43,906 bases of DNA, taken from the IMG/VR virus record IMGVR_UViG_2811995274_000001. The stretch is one strand, 5' to 3'. Position numbers and translations under genes: made by a program. Numbering within the stretch: the stretch's first letter is position 1; the number at the start of each line of letters is the position of its first letter. Below the pieces are notes generated by a model that had not been told where the DNA came from, ran no database searches, and saw only the letters and a list, made by a program, of their open reading frames with translations. Positions 1-10,227 of the stretch are shown piece after piece. This DNA is from an uncultured virus (IMG/VR IMGVR_UViG_2811995274_000001) (Duplodnaviria > Heunggongvirae > Uroviricota > Caudoviricetes).

Positions 1-503
1 AAGGAGATTTAACTTTTGACAGATATTCTCCTATTAATATATTTAAACTATCTTTTAGAACAACTAAGTATCCTATTTTTCAAATACAATTTTTACAAGA
101 AGATCAACATATTGAAAGAGATATTAAAGATAATTGTTTTGTTATAAAATTCATAACAACAAATCTAAACGATAAAAAACATAAACAAAATAAAGCTATA
201 CATAATTTAGATGAACTAAGACAACGTGTAATGATTGCCTTAAGAACAGAAGAAAATGAATTAACTGATAGTAATTTATTAGGAAGTAAATTATATACAT
301 ATAAACATAAAGATATTTTATCTTTAGATGTACAACAAGGTATTATTGATACTATAACTAACTATTTAAATAATATGTTAGATGGTATTTATAATATTGA
401 AGTAAAAGTAATACCAAAAAAAATAGATAATCCATTTTTTTGCCAAAATTTATCTATTTATATATTTTTAAATGATGAATTATTGTACGATTTTTTATTC
501 TAA
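1..503 (+). CDS. Baseplate wedge subunit, gp25/XkdS-like (5'-truncated by window edge)
   Basis: The frame of the 231..503 ORF is open back to base 3 (GDLTFDRYSP...ELRQRVMIALRTEENEL...LLGSKL). The GDL start and the Q..ialrTe...lGs motif fit this family; it lies directly upstream of a baseplate-J-like gene. Confidence 0.55.
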   Translation, partial: GDLTFDRYSPINIFKLSFRTTKYPIFQIQFLQEDQHIERDIKDNCFVIKFITTNLNDKKHKQNKAIHNLDELRQRVMIALRTEENELTDSNLLGSKLYTYKHKDILSLDVQQGIIDTITNYLNNMLDGIYNIEVKVIPKKIDNPFFCQNLSIYIFLNDELLYDFLF

Positions 504-505
504 GA

Positions 506-1318
506 TTGGAGGTAATTAAAATAAAATCCGCTAAAGATATACAATCTGATTTAAATAATAATTTTAATCAATTAACTAATGAAACCATTGCTCCTGGATC
601 AGTTATAGATTTATATAATACTGCAACTAGTAAGGTTTATGAAGATTTATATTTAGAAATAGAAAATAATAAAACTCCTCACATATGGTCAAATTTAGAA
701 GGCGAAAAATTAGACGATACTGGTATTTGGGTTAATTTACCACGTAAAGACGGAGAAAATGACAATAACTATAAATATAGATTACAAAATTGGATGTTAA
801 GTGCAGAATCAAGTAATACTACAGCTATTCAAAATGCATTAACCAATTTGCAATATGCTTCAAATGTTGATTACCGACCATATACTAAAGGAACTGGAAC
901 TGGTGCATGTTATATTATACCTAAAAATTATGATATTAATACAATAAATAACGCCTTGAATGAAGTACACGATATAATAAAACAAGTTGCATCACCATCA
1001 CTGTATATAGAGTATATAATACCAACTGTAAGAGCTGTCAAACTTCAAATATATATGGTTACTAATAATGGAGATATAGAGGTTATTAAAACTAATTTAT
1101 CTAACGCAATAGCCAATTATATAAATTCTATACCGCCAAATGAATATTTAGAAGTTGGAGAAATAAATAAAATAGGAATAAACACTAATAATGTTAGCTA
1201 TTTTAATGTAATTTCAGTACTAATAGATAATTTAAATATTGGAGACATTAGAATCTTACAAACTATAGATTCTAAAATGTTATTTGATAAAATTATTTGG
1301 ATAGAAGGAGATATGTAA
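506..1318 (+). CDS. Baseplate J/gp47-like wedge protein
   Basis: Motifs IAPGSVIDL, LEGEKLDDTG...LPRKDGENDNNYKYRL, AIQNAL, GTGTGACYIIP, IANYINSIPPNEYL resemble baseplate J proteins. Start is uncertain (TTG 506 versus downstream of the GGAGGT at 508-513). Confidence 0.65.
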   Translation: MEVIKIKSAKDIQSDLNNNFNQLTNETIAPGSVIDLYNTATSKVYEDLYLEIENNKTPHIWSNLEGEKLDDTGIWVNLPRKDGENDNNYKYRLQNWMLSAESSNTTAIQNALTNLQYASNVDYRPYTKGTGTGACYIIPKNYDINTINNALNEVHDIIKQVASPSLYIEYIIPTVRAVKLQIYMVTNNGDIEVIKTNLSNAIANYINSIPPNEYLEVGEINKIGINTNNVSYFNVISVLIDNLNIGDIRILQTIDSKMLFDKIIWIEGDM

Positions 1319-1322
1319 TTAT

Positions 1323-4300
1323 ATGATAACTTCTGAACAAGCTTTTTTATATGCAATTCAATCATTTCCAAAATGGATGGATATAAGAAAATATCCTAGA
1401 ACTGCTAATGGAGCAAAATATTTACAATCTATAATTAAAGAACAAGATAATGTAGTTACTGAATTAAAAAAATATATAAAAGATTGTTTTTTGGCTAGTT
1501 ATATAGGTAGAGAAAATACAATTATTGATTATGCTTATATTGCACAAGTAGGTAATATTGATATAAATTTAATAAAAATAGATAAAATTAAAATAACTAA
1601 TGATCCTAAATTGTTTTTAAATAATAGAGAAACATATTGTTTATTTCAAGATGGATATATAATTATAGATCAAGCTTTAATTGCTCCTGAAGATAATATT
1701 TTATATTATACATATAATGAACAGGAATATTCTTCTACATTAATTAAGACACATATATGGAATATATTTGACGAATTTGCAATGATGTCTTCATTAGAAA
1801 GATACGATAATGAAACTAATGAGGAACTAATGAAACGTTGTTTTTTATCTTTTTCTAATAAGCCTAATAGTAGTATAGATGGAATAAAGAACACTATAAC
1901 AAATGCATTAATTAATTATGTTCCATTATCAAATTCTGATATAAAAATAGAAACACCCAACTTGGACAATATGTCCAAGTTGATTAATAATACAAGTTTA
2001 TATGAAAAATTAACTGAATTTAATAGAGATTTTTTTAGAGTAAAAATATGGGATATTAGTGTTTGGGAACATAAATTTAAAGAATTAGATTATATTCCAA
2101 ATGTATGGGACACAACATTAGATTTTTATCAAATTGGCACTGGACAAGGATTAGACTTAAGTACTAAATTGTTAAACAGTACAGACAATGATACTACTAA
2201 TATTGAAGTAAATGGTTATACTATATCTGAAGCTATTATAAATGAATATATTCATAAACATAATATTTCAAAAGAAATAGCATTAAAATTAAAAAAATAT
2301 AAAAATGAATTAAAATCTAAAAAAATAGATTATAGAATAAAAGCTTTCAATGTATTTGAAATAGAACCTACATCTATTTATTTAAAAAGCTCTATTAAAA
2401 AAAGTGGAGAAAATATTTGTTATTTAGAAGATATTATTAGTCCTAACGATGAATTAACTACTATTAATCCAGGTAAATTAGAGAATGGTACTTATAATTT
2501 AAAATTTTTACCAAGAGACAATTTTTCTTCGATGAATATTTATAATGTAGATATTATAAATAAAGATAACAAAAAAAGTTTGTTAACAGAAGATAAGGTA
2601 TTTAAATTTAAAAATGGAATATTACAAAATATTGATATATTAGCTCATATAAATTCTTTAGATAAACTTAAAACATATGATAACATAATACAAAAGAATG
2701 GATTAACAATAGGCCCTTATGGCACTAAAGGTACTATAGCTATAGATATTACTGGTATGGACGGTAAACCATTAAATATAAAAACGAATTGTAAAGAAGT
2801 TAATTTTACTAATGATACACAATTTGTCAATTATACCGGATTTGAATTAGATAATAATATATTAACCTCTAAAGAAGACGCTTCATCTAGTAATATAATA
2901 ATAGATTTATATTGTTCTTCACTTTCTTTTTCATTTTTAAAAGCAGAAGATCCAATTATGCAAGGTAGTTGTAGTGTATCTATATCAGTAGATGATAAGA
3001 TAGATACTATGTCTGGCTTATGGACTACACCAAAAACTTATCACAAAGAGTTTGATAAGTTTTGTCATGTTCATGTAGAAATTCAAAAAATAGGTATGTA
3101 TCCTATCTCTATTAAAGACATTATGGCATCAAGATATAAAATAACTAAATATCTCGATTATGGAGAACTATTAATCACTCCATTTAACACTATGCTTCCA
3201 TCATATAATGGAAAAGAAAATACTTTATATATAGATATAGAATCATATTCTAGTTATGCTCCAACAATTGAATATATACATATTGGCCCATCTTTAAAAT
3301 ATTCATATTATGAAATAAATAATATATCTATAACTGAAAATGATATATTAAAATTATCTACTGATTGTAGAGTAGAATTATATAAAGATAATAATCTTAT
3401 ATCAAATGATTATTCTACTTTTAATATATATAAAAATAATACAAATAAAAATATTTTAGTTGAAATATTTACTAATAATTTTATAGATATTATTAATTCT
3501 TCTAAACAAATTTTAAAAACCAATTATAATGGAAGAACTATTAATTATATTGAATTTTTACCATCAGAAGAAATTAGCTATATAACCATAAATGGAACTT
3601 TCTTAATAGATAAAGATAGAAAAAGTATTTATGAACTTTTATCTTTATCAAAAGATGATAAAGTATATATAAGTTCTGGTAGTAGTGGTTTTATTGTTAA
3701 ATCTATTGATAAAAAAGAAAAAATATGTGTAATAAATAAAAGTTTATTGTCTTATCAATCTAACGTTTATTCATACGAATTATCTAATAATAATATGATT
3801 GGATGTTTTGTTTTGGATAAAAATAATAATATCATATCTAAAACTAATCAATTAGATAAAAATTTTGAAGAAACATATATTGTTTTAAATGATAATACGG
3901 AATATATTGCATATAATACTGAAACTATTTTTTCTTCTGAGATATCCAATATTGATATGGTAAATACATTTTATCCATTATTAGATTTTAATAAAATGAT
4001 GTTTTATAAAATAGATAGTATGCTATATGACAATATAGATATAAACTTTATAAAACAATATCAAGATAATATTGAATATGATAAATGGAGTTTAGGAAAT
4101 AAACAATTAAAAATAAATTGTGATTTTGATTTTACTAATATGGATATTTTTAATCTAGATGTAGATGAAATAAATGAAATTTTTACTATATCTAGCGTCA
4201 TAGAATTAAATGAAACATATGTTATCAATGGACAAGAAGAAGATATTGGCAAATTTATTATTGAACCTCCAGACGATATGATTGTAAATTATGAAGAAAA

Positions 4301-6293
4301 TACTGTTCAAGAAGAATTGATTATAGAAGATGATGGTTTTAATAAACTATATTATTCTAATGTAAACAATATTATATCTATAAAAATTAATAATATTACA
4401 CTATCATCTAGTAATTATATGTTAAATAAAGACAGCGGTATTATAATTTGGTTAAATAAAACATATGTTGGACAAAAAGCTATTATTATCTATGATTACA
4501 ATAGACCAATATCATTATCTTATAAATCGTTAGATTCATTATATGCTTCTGTTGGGTATGCAGTTGATGCATATAAGATTATAAATTCACAGCCTATAAT
4601 AATTAATGATTCAAAGAATAATGATATAAATATAATAGATTTTGGAAATAACATAATCCCTGATAAAATTATAGCTCATTGCGATAATCCTAATTTTGGA
4701 GTAATCATAGAAGAAAATAAAATCACTACAAAAATAATCAATCAAAACAATAATATTATTGTAAAAACAGGATATTTTTACGATAATGTTGGAAATGAGT
4801 TTTATCTTTTTGAAAACATGTATAGTGATCCTATAGATAAGATGAGTTATATTGAGTTACATTATGTCAAAAGAACAATAGATTTTCTACAATTTATGCA
4901 AAAATCAATTAATCACGTTTTAGATTCTATAATGACAAATTATAATCGAACTATTGAATTGTGTCATATAGATTCCGAATATAAAGATGTTAAAGGAATT
5001 AGTAAATTAAATTCTATAAGTTCTTGTGATACTTTTGAAAGTTGGATCAACTTTGAAATGGATATATCACTCGATGAACAATTTAACGATATTTGTTTAA
5101 AATTTAATCCATTAAAATCAAATTCGTATGCATTATTAGAATTAAATCCTAATAACAATATATTATCTTTACTAGCATCAAAAACATTAAAACTATCTAT
5201 ATGTAAAGAAATTAAATTAAAACAAAATTCTATGTCTAAGAGTATATTAGTAGAACCTTATGCTAAATTATCCAACGTTAACGATACAAATGTATATTAT
5301 TATAACTTTAAAAATGAAGATTTATCGTTTAGATATTTTTTATTAGTTATGGGTAATGGATATTTAGATGACATATTATTATTATCTCAAGATAAAGACA
5401 TAGTAGCATCACATAATAAAAATTTAAATATACTATTTAACGATGGTATACAAGAAAAAGCATATGAATTATATGAGCATATTTTCAATTTCGATATAAA
5501 TGGAAATACTTTAAATGGGCTAGAATTAAATTCCGATAACGAAATTCAAACTGGTTCTAACGTTGATTGGGGAGTAACTCAAATTTATAACATTAAACAA
5601 GATTTAGATAAATGTATTTTAGAAAAAGTTATCTTAAATCATGGAGCTTTTTATTCAACCGACAACGATTCTGAATATGGAAGTATTATAACTCCTGCAA
5701 TTATGTTAAATAATAAAAAATCTATTAAAGATTTATATGTAGTAATAAATAATGTAGTAATAAATGAAATGAGTGGTTTTAATATAGAGCTTCTTACTTC
5801 TAATTCTATAGATAATAACTTTAATAAATTATTCTCTGTAGATAAAACAAATATATTAGAAATGACTGTAGCTAATATATTTGACTATATAAAATTAAAA
5901 ATAGAACTTCCACCTCAAAAAATAATAAATGATTTATCTATTTATGCTGCATATTTTGAAGGAGAAACTACTAGTCCTAAAATTAATCGCAATAATGAAG
6001 GTTTTTTAATAACTAAAATATACGATACTACATATGAAGATAAATTTATATTGTCTAAAATAGATTGTAATATTACGAATAAAGAATATTTTAAATTCTA
6101 TGTACGAGGATATAAAAAAGACGATATGTCAGAAGTATTTACGCAATGGTATGAATGTATTTTTGATGATGAATTTAACTGTACAAATGCACATATTTTT
6201 GAAAATTATAGATTCTTCCAATTTAAAATTGATATAAATAATGCAAATACTATTGTAAAAATCAATAATATATACATGAAGGTGGTTAAATAA
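1323..6293 (+). CDS. Large putative baseplate/virion structural protein (1656 aa)
   Basis: Long ORF with SD AAGGAG; N-terminal WNIFDEFAMMSSLERYDNETNEELMKR...NSSIDGIKNTI resembles wedge proteins that follow baseplate J; context. Confidence 0.55.
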   Translation: MITSEQAFLYAIQSFPKWMDIRKYPRTANGAKYLQSIIKEQDNVVTELKKYIKDCFLASYIGRENTIIDYAYIAQVGNIDINLIKIDKIKITNDPKLFLNNRETYCLFQDGYIIIDQALIAPEDNILYYTYNEQEYSSTLIKTHIWNIFDEFAMMSSLERYDNETNEELMKRCFLSFSNKPNSSIDGIKNTITNALINYVPLSNSDIKIETPNLDNMSKLINNTSLYEKLTEFNRDFFRVKIWDISVWEHKFKELDYIPNVWDTTLDFYQIGTGQGLDLSTKLLNSTDNDTTNIEVNGYTISEAIINEYIHKHNISKEIALKLKKYKNELKSKKIDYRIKAFNVFEIEPTSIYLKSSIKKSGENICYLEDIISPNDELTTINPGKLENGTYNLKFLPRDNFSSMNIYNVDIINKDNKKSLLTEDKVFKFKNGILQNIDILAHINSLDKLKTYDNIIQKNGLTIGPYGTKGTIAIDITGMDGKPLNIKTNCKEVNFTNDTQFVNYTGFELDNNILTSKEDASSSNIIIDLYCSSLSFSFLKAEDPIMQGSCSVSISVDDKIDTMSGLWTTPKTYHKEFDKFCHVHVEIQKIGMYPISIKDIMASRYKITKYLDYGELLITPFNTMLPSYNGKENTLYIDIESYSSYAPTIEYIHIGPSLKYSYYEINNISITENDILKLSTDCRVELYKDNNLISNDYSTFNIYKNNTNKNILVEIFTNNFIDIINSSKQILKTNYNGRTINYIEFLPSEEISYITINGTFLIDKDRKSIYELLSLSKDDKVYISSGSSGFIVKSIDKKEKICVINKSLLSYQSNVYSYELSNNNMIGCFVLDKNNNIISKTNQLDKNFEETYIVLNDNTEYIAYNTETIFSSEISNIDMVNTFYPLLDFNKMMFYKIDSMLYDNIDINFIKQYQDNIEYDKWSLGNKQLKINCDFDFTNMDIFNLDVDEINEIFTISSVIELNETYVINGQEEDIGKFIIEPPDDMIVNYEENTVQEELIIEDDGFNKLYYSNVNNIISIKINNITLSSSNYMLNKDSGIIIWLNKTYVGQKAIIIYDYNRPISLSYKSLDSLYASVGYAVDAYKIINSQPIIINDSKNNDINIIDFGNNIIPDKIIAHCDNPNFGVIIEENKITTKIINQNNNIIVKTGYFYDNVGNEFYLFENMYSDPIDKMSYIELHYVKRTIDFLQFMQKSINHVLDSIMTNYNRTIELCHIDSEYKDVKGISKLNSISSCDTFESWINFEMDISLDEQFNDICLKFNPLKSNSYALLELNPNNNILSLLASKTLKLSICKEIKLKQNSMSKSILVEPYAKLSNVNDTNVYYYNFKNEDLSFRYFLLVMGNGYLDDILLLSQDKDIVASHNKNLNILFNDGIQEKAYELYEHIFNFDINGNTLNGLELNSDNEIQTGSNVDWGVTQIYNIKQDLDKCILEKVILNHGAFYSTDNDSEYGSIITPAIMLNNKKSIKDLYVVINNVVINEMSGFNIELLTSNSIDNNFNKLFSVDKTNILEMTVANIFDYIKLKIELPPQKIINDLSIYAAYFEGETTSPKINRNNEGFLITKIYDTTYEDKFILSKIDCNITNKEYFKFYVRGYKKDDMSEVFTQWYECIFDDEFNCTNAHIFENYRFFQFKIDINNANTIVKINNIYMKVVK

Positions 6294-6295
6294 TT

Positions 6296-8443
6296 TTGAA
6301 ACAAATATTTGACTCTAACAGTAGAATTGAAAAAATCAACGATGGTATCAAATTCTATGAACAAGATATATTATCTTGTTCATACGTATTTGAAGATGAT
6401 TTAATTATAGATTTAGATATAGATTATATAATGCCTGGGTTTGGTGTAACTATAATAGAAGATAATGATATATCATTACAAAAAATAGATATTGCTTATT
6501 TATTTAAAATAGGCAGCAATGATTTCACTGTAATAGAAAAAATTTTTTCAAACCAACAACAGCTTCAGCATACATCTTGTGTTTTATCTCCATCTATTCA
6601 TAATAAAAATATTAAACTTAAATTTACATATAAAAATAATCAAGTATCATTCGATTGGATATTTGATAATGATACTACATATAATTTAGGCAAAATAACA
6701 TTAAAAAAGAAAATAGGTAGATACAGAATAGGATTTTATTCAAATCAAAACAATATAATTCATTCTTTTTCTTTTAAACAAGGTATAGCTAAAAATTGGA
6801 ATGCTAGTATAAAAAATACTTGTGGAGGTAGAATATCTTTTTTTGATAATGGATTTATGTTTGAAAATTGTGAGTATGATGCTGAAATAGAACAATATAA
6901 TATACCATTAAAAAAAGGTATTTATTATCTTAGTTATGACACAGATAAAGTTAATGATGAGTTTAATATAGATTGTTATGTTATTCCTTCAGAAGTTCAG
7001 TACGAAGAAAAAAATTTTGAAGATGAGAATAAAAATTTATTGTCTAAAGATAACACAATTAATTTAACTACTGATATGGTAGTAAATTTAAAATTTAAAG
7101 GAATTAATGGTAAGATAAAAAACATTTCTATCAAAGAAGATCCAGATAGTGGCTATGTAGAAACAGAAGGAGAAGTTGTCTCTATTGATGGTAGTTACAT
7201 GACCGTTTATTTAAAAGAATTAAAACAGGTTAGATGGAAGGGAACAATAACAACTATACCTAAATATATAGATTTCACAAAACCTTGTCCTTATGCAGTA
7301 ATAGAAACAATAAAACATAGAACAACAATAGAAGAAATAAATGTACAATTAAAACAAGAATACGGTTATGTATATGATGTAGAGAAAAGTATTCTTTCTA
7401 TTTGTGATACTGAATATAAAAATATTTACAAACAAATAAATATTGAACTATGCGAAGAAGATCAGCAAAAAATTAATGTTTTTAGAAATATTAATGCATT
7501 TATCTTTGAACTTATAATAACTAAACTTGATGGAGAAGAAATTAACATTATATTACAGAAAACATTTAAAAAATATATAATCGCTAAAATTAATGGGCCT
7601 ATTATTGTAACAAAAGAAGATAAAAAAACAGTTTTTGATTTATCTAGTTCGTATAGAGAATTTTCTATAGAAAATAAAACATTAAAATTATATTCTTCAC
7701 AATATCCTATATCTATAAATGCAAGTAGTCTATTTGTAAACAGTTCTAACCTTAAAGTTTATGCTATCCCTGATTACGCTACTGTAGATATGACTAAAAA
7801 TACTATTGAAGAATGTGCTTCTTCTTTTATAAAACTAAAAACTAAAGAATATACAATAGAATATTTTAATGAAAATACTTATATAAATATTTTAGACGAA
7901 TTAAAAATAAAATATCCAAATATAATAATAGAATATAGCGATATAAGTGATTTTGAATATTGGTTTACTAATTACGAAAGAGAAGTGTTTAATACTGATA
8001 ACAATAATTTAGTGTTATCTAAAGAACTGTTGGAAGCATCTAATAATGTAATAATTTATGGAATATTACCTAATAGTATTATTAAAGAAAGTAATCTATA
8101 TAGAGTTCCAAAAGGAATTATCAATTCTATAGACTATTACGCTAATCAATACAATATATTATTGGGTAATGAATATAACATAGATTATGCTAATAACGAA
8201 ATAAGAATTGAACAAACTGAATTAAAAAAATATAAACAAATAATTATCGATTATATTAAAAATGATAGTTATGCTATAAATTATATTGAGAATTTAGATC
8301 AATACGAAGTAGATATAGCTACTAATGAAGATATGGTATATGTTAATTACGATATGCATGATGATGGATCTACATATTCTTATAAGACTACAAATATCAT
8401 TCCTGATAAAAATAAATATGTTGTTTTAAGAAAAGAGGAGTAA
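6296..8443 (+). CDS. Putative virion structural protein (715 aa)
   Basis: TTG start with AAGGTGG SD, tightly packed in the structural operon; beta-rich composition. Confidence 0.5.
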   Translation: MKQIFDSNSRIEKINDGIKFYEQDILSCSYVFEDDLIIDLDIDYIMPGFGVTIIEDNDISLQKIDIAYLFKIGSNDFTVIEKIFSNQQQLQHTSCVLSPSIHNKNIKLKFTYKNNQVSFDWIFDNDTTYNLGKITLKKKIGRYRIGFYSNQNNIIHSFSFKQGIAKNWNASIKNTCGGRISFFDNGFMFENCEYDAEIEQYNIPLKKGIYYLSYDTDKVNDEFNIDCYVIPSEVQYEEKNFEDENKNLLSKDNTINLTTDMVVNLKFKGINGKIKNISIKEDPDSGYVETEGEVVSIDGSYMTVYLKELKQVRWKGTITTIPKYIDFTKPCPYAVIETIKHRTTIEEINVQLKQEYGYVYDVEKSILSICDTEYKNIYKQINIELCEEDQQKINVFRNINAFIFELIITKLDGEEINIILQKTFKKYIIAKINGPIIVTKEDKKTVFDLSSSYREFSIENKTLKLYSSQYPISINASSLFVNSSNLKVYAIPDYATVDMTKNTIEECASSFIKLKTKEYTIEYFNENTYINILDELKIKYPNIIIEYSDISDFEYWFTNYEREVFNTDNNNLVLSKELLEASNNVIIYGILPNSIIKESNLYRVPKGIINSIDYYANQYNILLGNEYNIDYANNEIRIEQTELKKYKQIIIDYIKNDSYAINYIENLDQYEVDIATNEDMVYVNYDMHDDGSTYSYKTTNIIPDKNKYVVLRKEE

Positions 8444-8446
8444 CTA

Positions 8447-10216
8447 TTGAAAATACAAATTCCTAATTATAACATAATAGAAACAGATAATTTAAATATT
8501 AATGATATTCCATTATCATACATAGATTTAACTTATAAAAATTTAAAGATAAATTGTAAAATCAATAAAGAATATTTAAAAGATGAAAAAACTCCTATTA
8601 GACCTTATTCAAAAGTAAATCCTGATGATTTATTTTTTAATAGCAAATATGAAATATTAGATAATATAGAATTAAAAAGAAATGGTAATGAATACATATA
8701 TGAACCTAAAAATATTATAGAATATACGCCAGAATCTTTTTCATGCAATGTTCTTATAAAGAAGAATATTACATTTTCAAATAATAATAACTATAACTTA
8801 AAAATATCTGTTATTGAAGATGGTGAAAGTCTTGAACGTTCAAGTAGTTTAATAAGTATATTCGCTGATGCATATAGACGAGATATAGCTCCTTCTAATA
8901 TATCTATTAACAATAAATCTTTAAAACCAGAATCATTAATTACTTCTTCTCTGATGGAAAATGATATAATATTTGCTCATTCTAGTGATGGAGTCAATAT
9001 TACAAATAGCGATAATGAACTTATAGATATTAATATAGATAATTTATTAAACAATCATGTTAATTTATGGTTAAGTATTGATAGTTTTGAAGATAGTTTA
9101 ATTCCACAAGAAAATATTGAAAATATAACAATATATGAAGATACTAGTATATTTAATATAAAACAATATCCTCAAAACAAAAAAGAAAATGAACATTATT
9201 TTATATTTGATGCTAACAAACGACATAAAAATTATAGTAGTGATATCTATAATTATATAAATTTCGCTAATAGTATTTTAATTATTGAAAAAAAAGATGC
9301 TGGACACTTAATCTTAACTCCTAATTACGTTTTAAATGATTTAGAAAGTAATGCTAAATTAATTTATGAAGTTATTATGTATGTATTTTTAAGATCTTAT
9401 TATCTAAGTAAAACAGCATATTCTTGGATAACAACTGAGCCTATAGATTATATGTCATATTCTTATAATAAATTAAATATAAATCATAAAAATATAAATA
9501 TTAATAAACTTTTATTAAATGATGATTATGATATAGGTAATCAATATAGAATAATAAATATATTTATTTCTAACGATAACGTTAAATTTAAAGGATTAAA
9601 CAGCAATGGAGATATGTATTTTTATAAAATAAATAATATTGATACTCCAAAAAAAGAAGGAGAAACATCTTTTTTAACTACAAAACAAACAGTAATAAAT
9701 TATTTTGAAGAAGACATTAATTACATTGAAACTAAATTTAGCATATCTTCTAATATTATTGATGATATTGCTTATATAACTATAAATCCATATTATAGCT
9801 CATCAAATAAAATATTTAATAATAATACTCAAACTTTTAGATTATCTGATGTAGATATAGAATATTATATCTGTACTAAACCAACATCTCCCCAAATAGA
9901 GTCTATGTTTACTTTTATTTCTTGTAGTGATTATGATTCAGAAAAAGACGGGAATATATTATGTTATATTACTTTAACAACTACAAAAGAAACACGAAAT
10001 CATGACATACGAATTAATGGTGGAGGATTACCAAAAAATCAACCAAATAATTTTGATTTAATAGATATTGGTAATATATATGGTAGACCATATAGAATAG
10101 GTTCTACTATTATTATAAGTTTACCTAAAGAATGCGAACAGTATAACGATATAATACAAAAAGAAGTATATAAACATATATCTTCTGGTGATTATCCAAT
10201 ATTTTTTTATGAATAA
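8447..10216 (+). CDS. Putative baseplate/virion structural protein (589 aa)
   Basis: TTG start with GAGGAG SD; conserved-looking C-terminus DIRINGGGLP...IDIGNIYGRPYRIGSTIIISLP; context. Confidence 0.5.
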   Translation: MKIQIPNYNIIETDNLNINDIPLSYIDLTYKNLKINCKINKEYLKDEKTPIRPYSKVNPDDLFFNSKYEILDNIELKRNGNEYIYEPKNIIEYTPESFSCNVLIKKNITFSNNNNYNLKISVIEDGESLERSSSLISIFADAYRRDIAPSNISINNKSLKPESLITSSLMENDIIFAHSSDGVNITNSDNELIDINIDNLLNNHVNLWLSIDSFEDSLIPQENIENITIYEDTSIFNIKQYPQNKKENEHYFIFDANKRHKNYSSDIYNYINFANSILIIEKKDAGHLILTPNYVLNDLESNAKLIYEVIMYVFLRSYYLSKTAYSWITTEPIDYMSYSYNKLNINHKNININKLLLNDDYDIGNQYRIINIFISNDNVKFKGLNSNGDMYFYKINNIDTPKKEGETSFLTTKQTVINYFEEDINYIETKFSISSNIIDDIAYITINPYYSSSNKIFNNNTQTFRLSDVDIEYYICTKPTSPQIESMFTFISCSDYDSEKDGNILCYITLTTTKETRNHDIRINGGGLPKNQPNNFDLIDIGNIYGRPYRIGSTIIISLPKECEQYNDIIQKEVYKHISSGDYPIFFYE

Positions 10217-10227
10217 GGAGGAATAAA

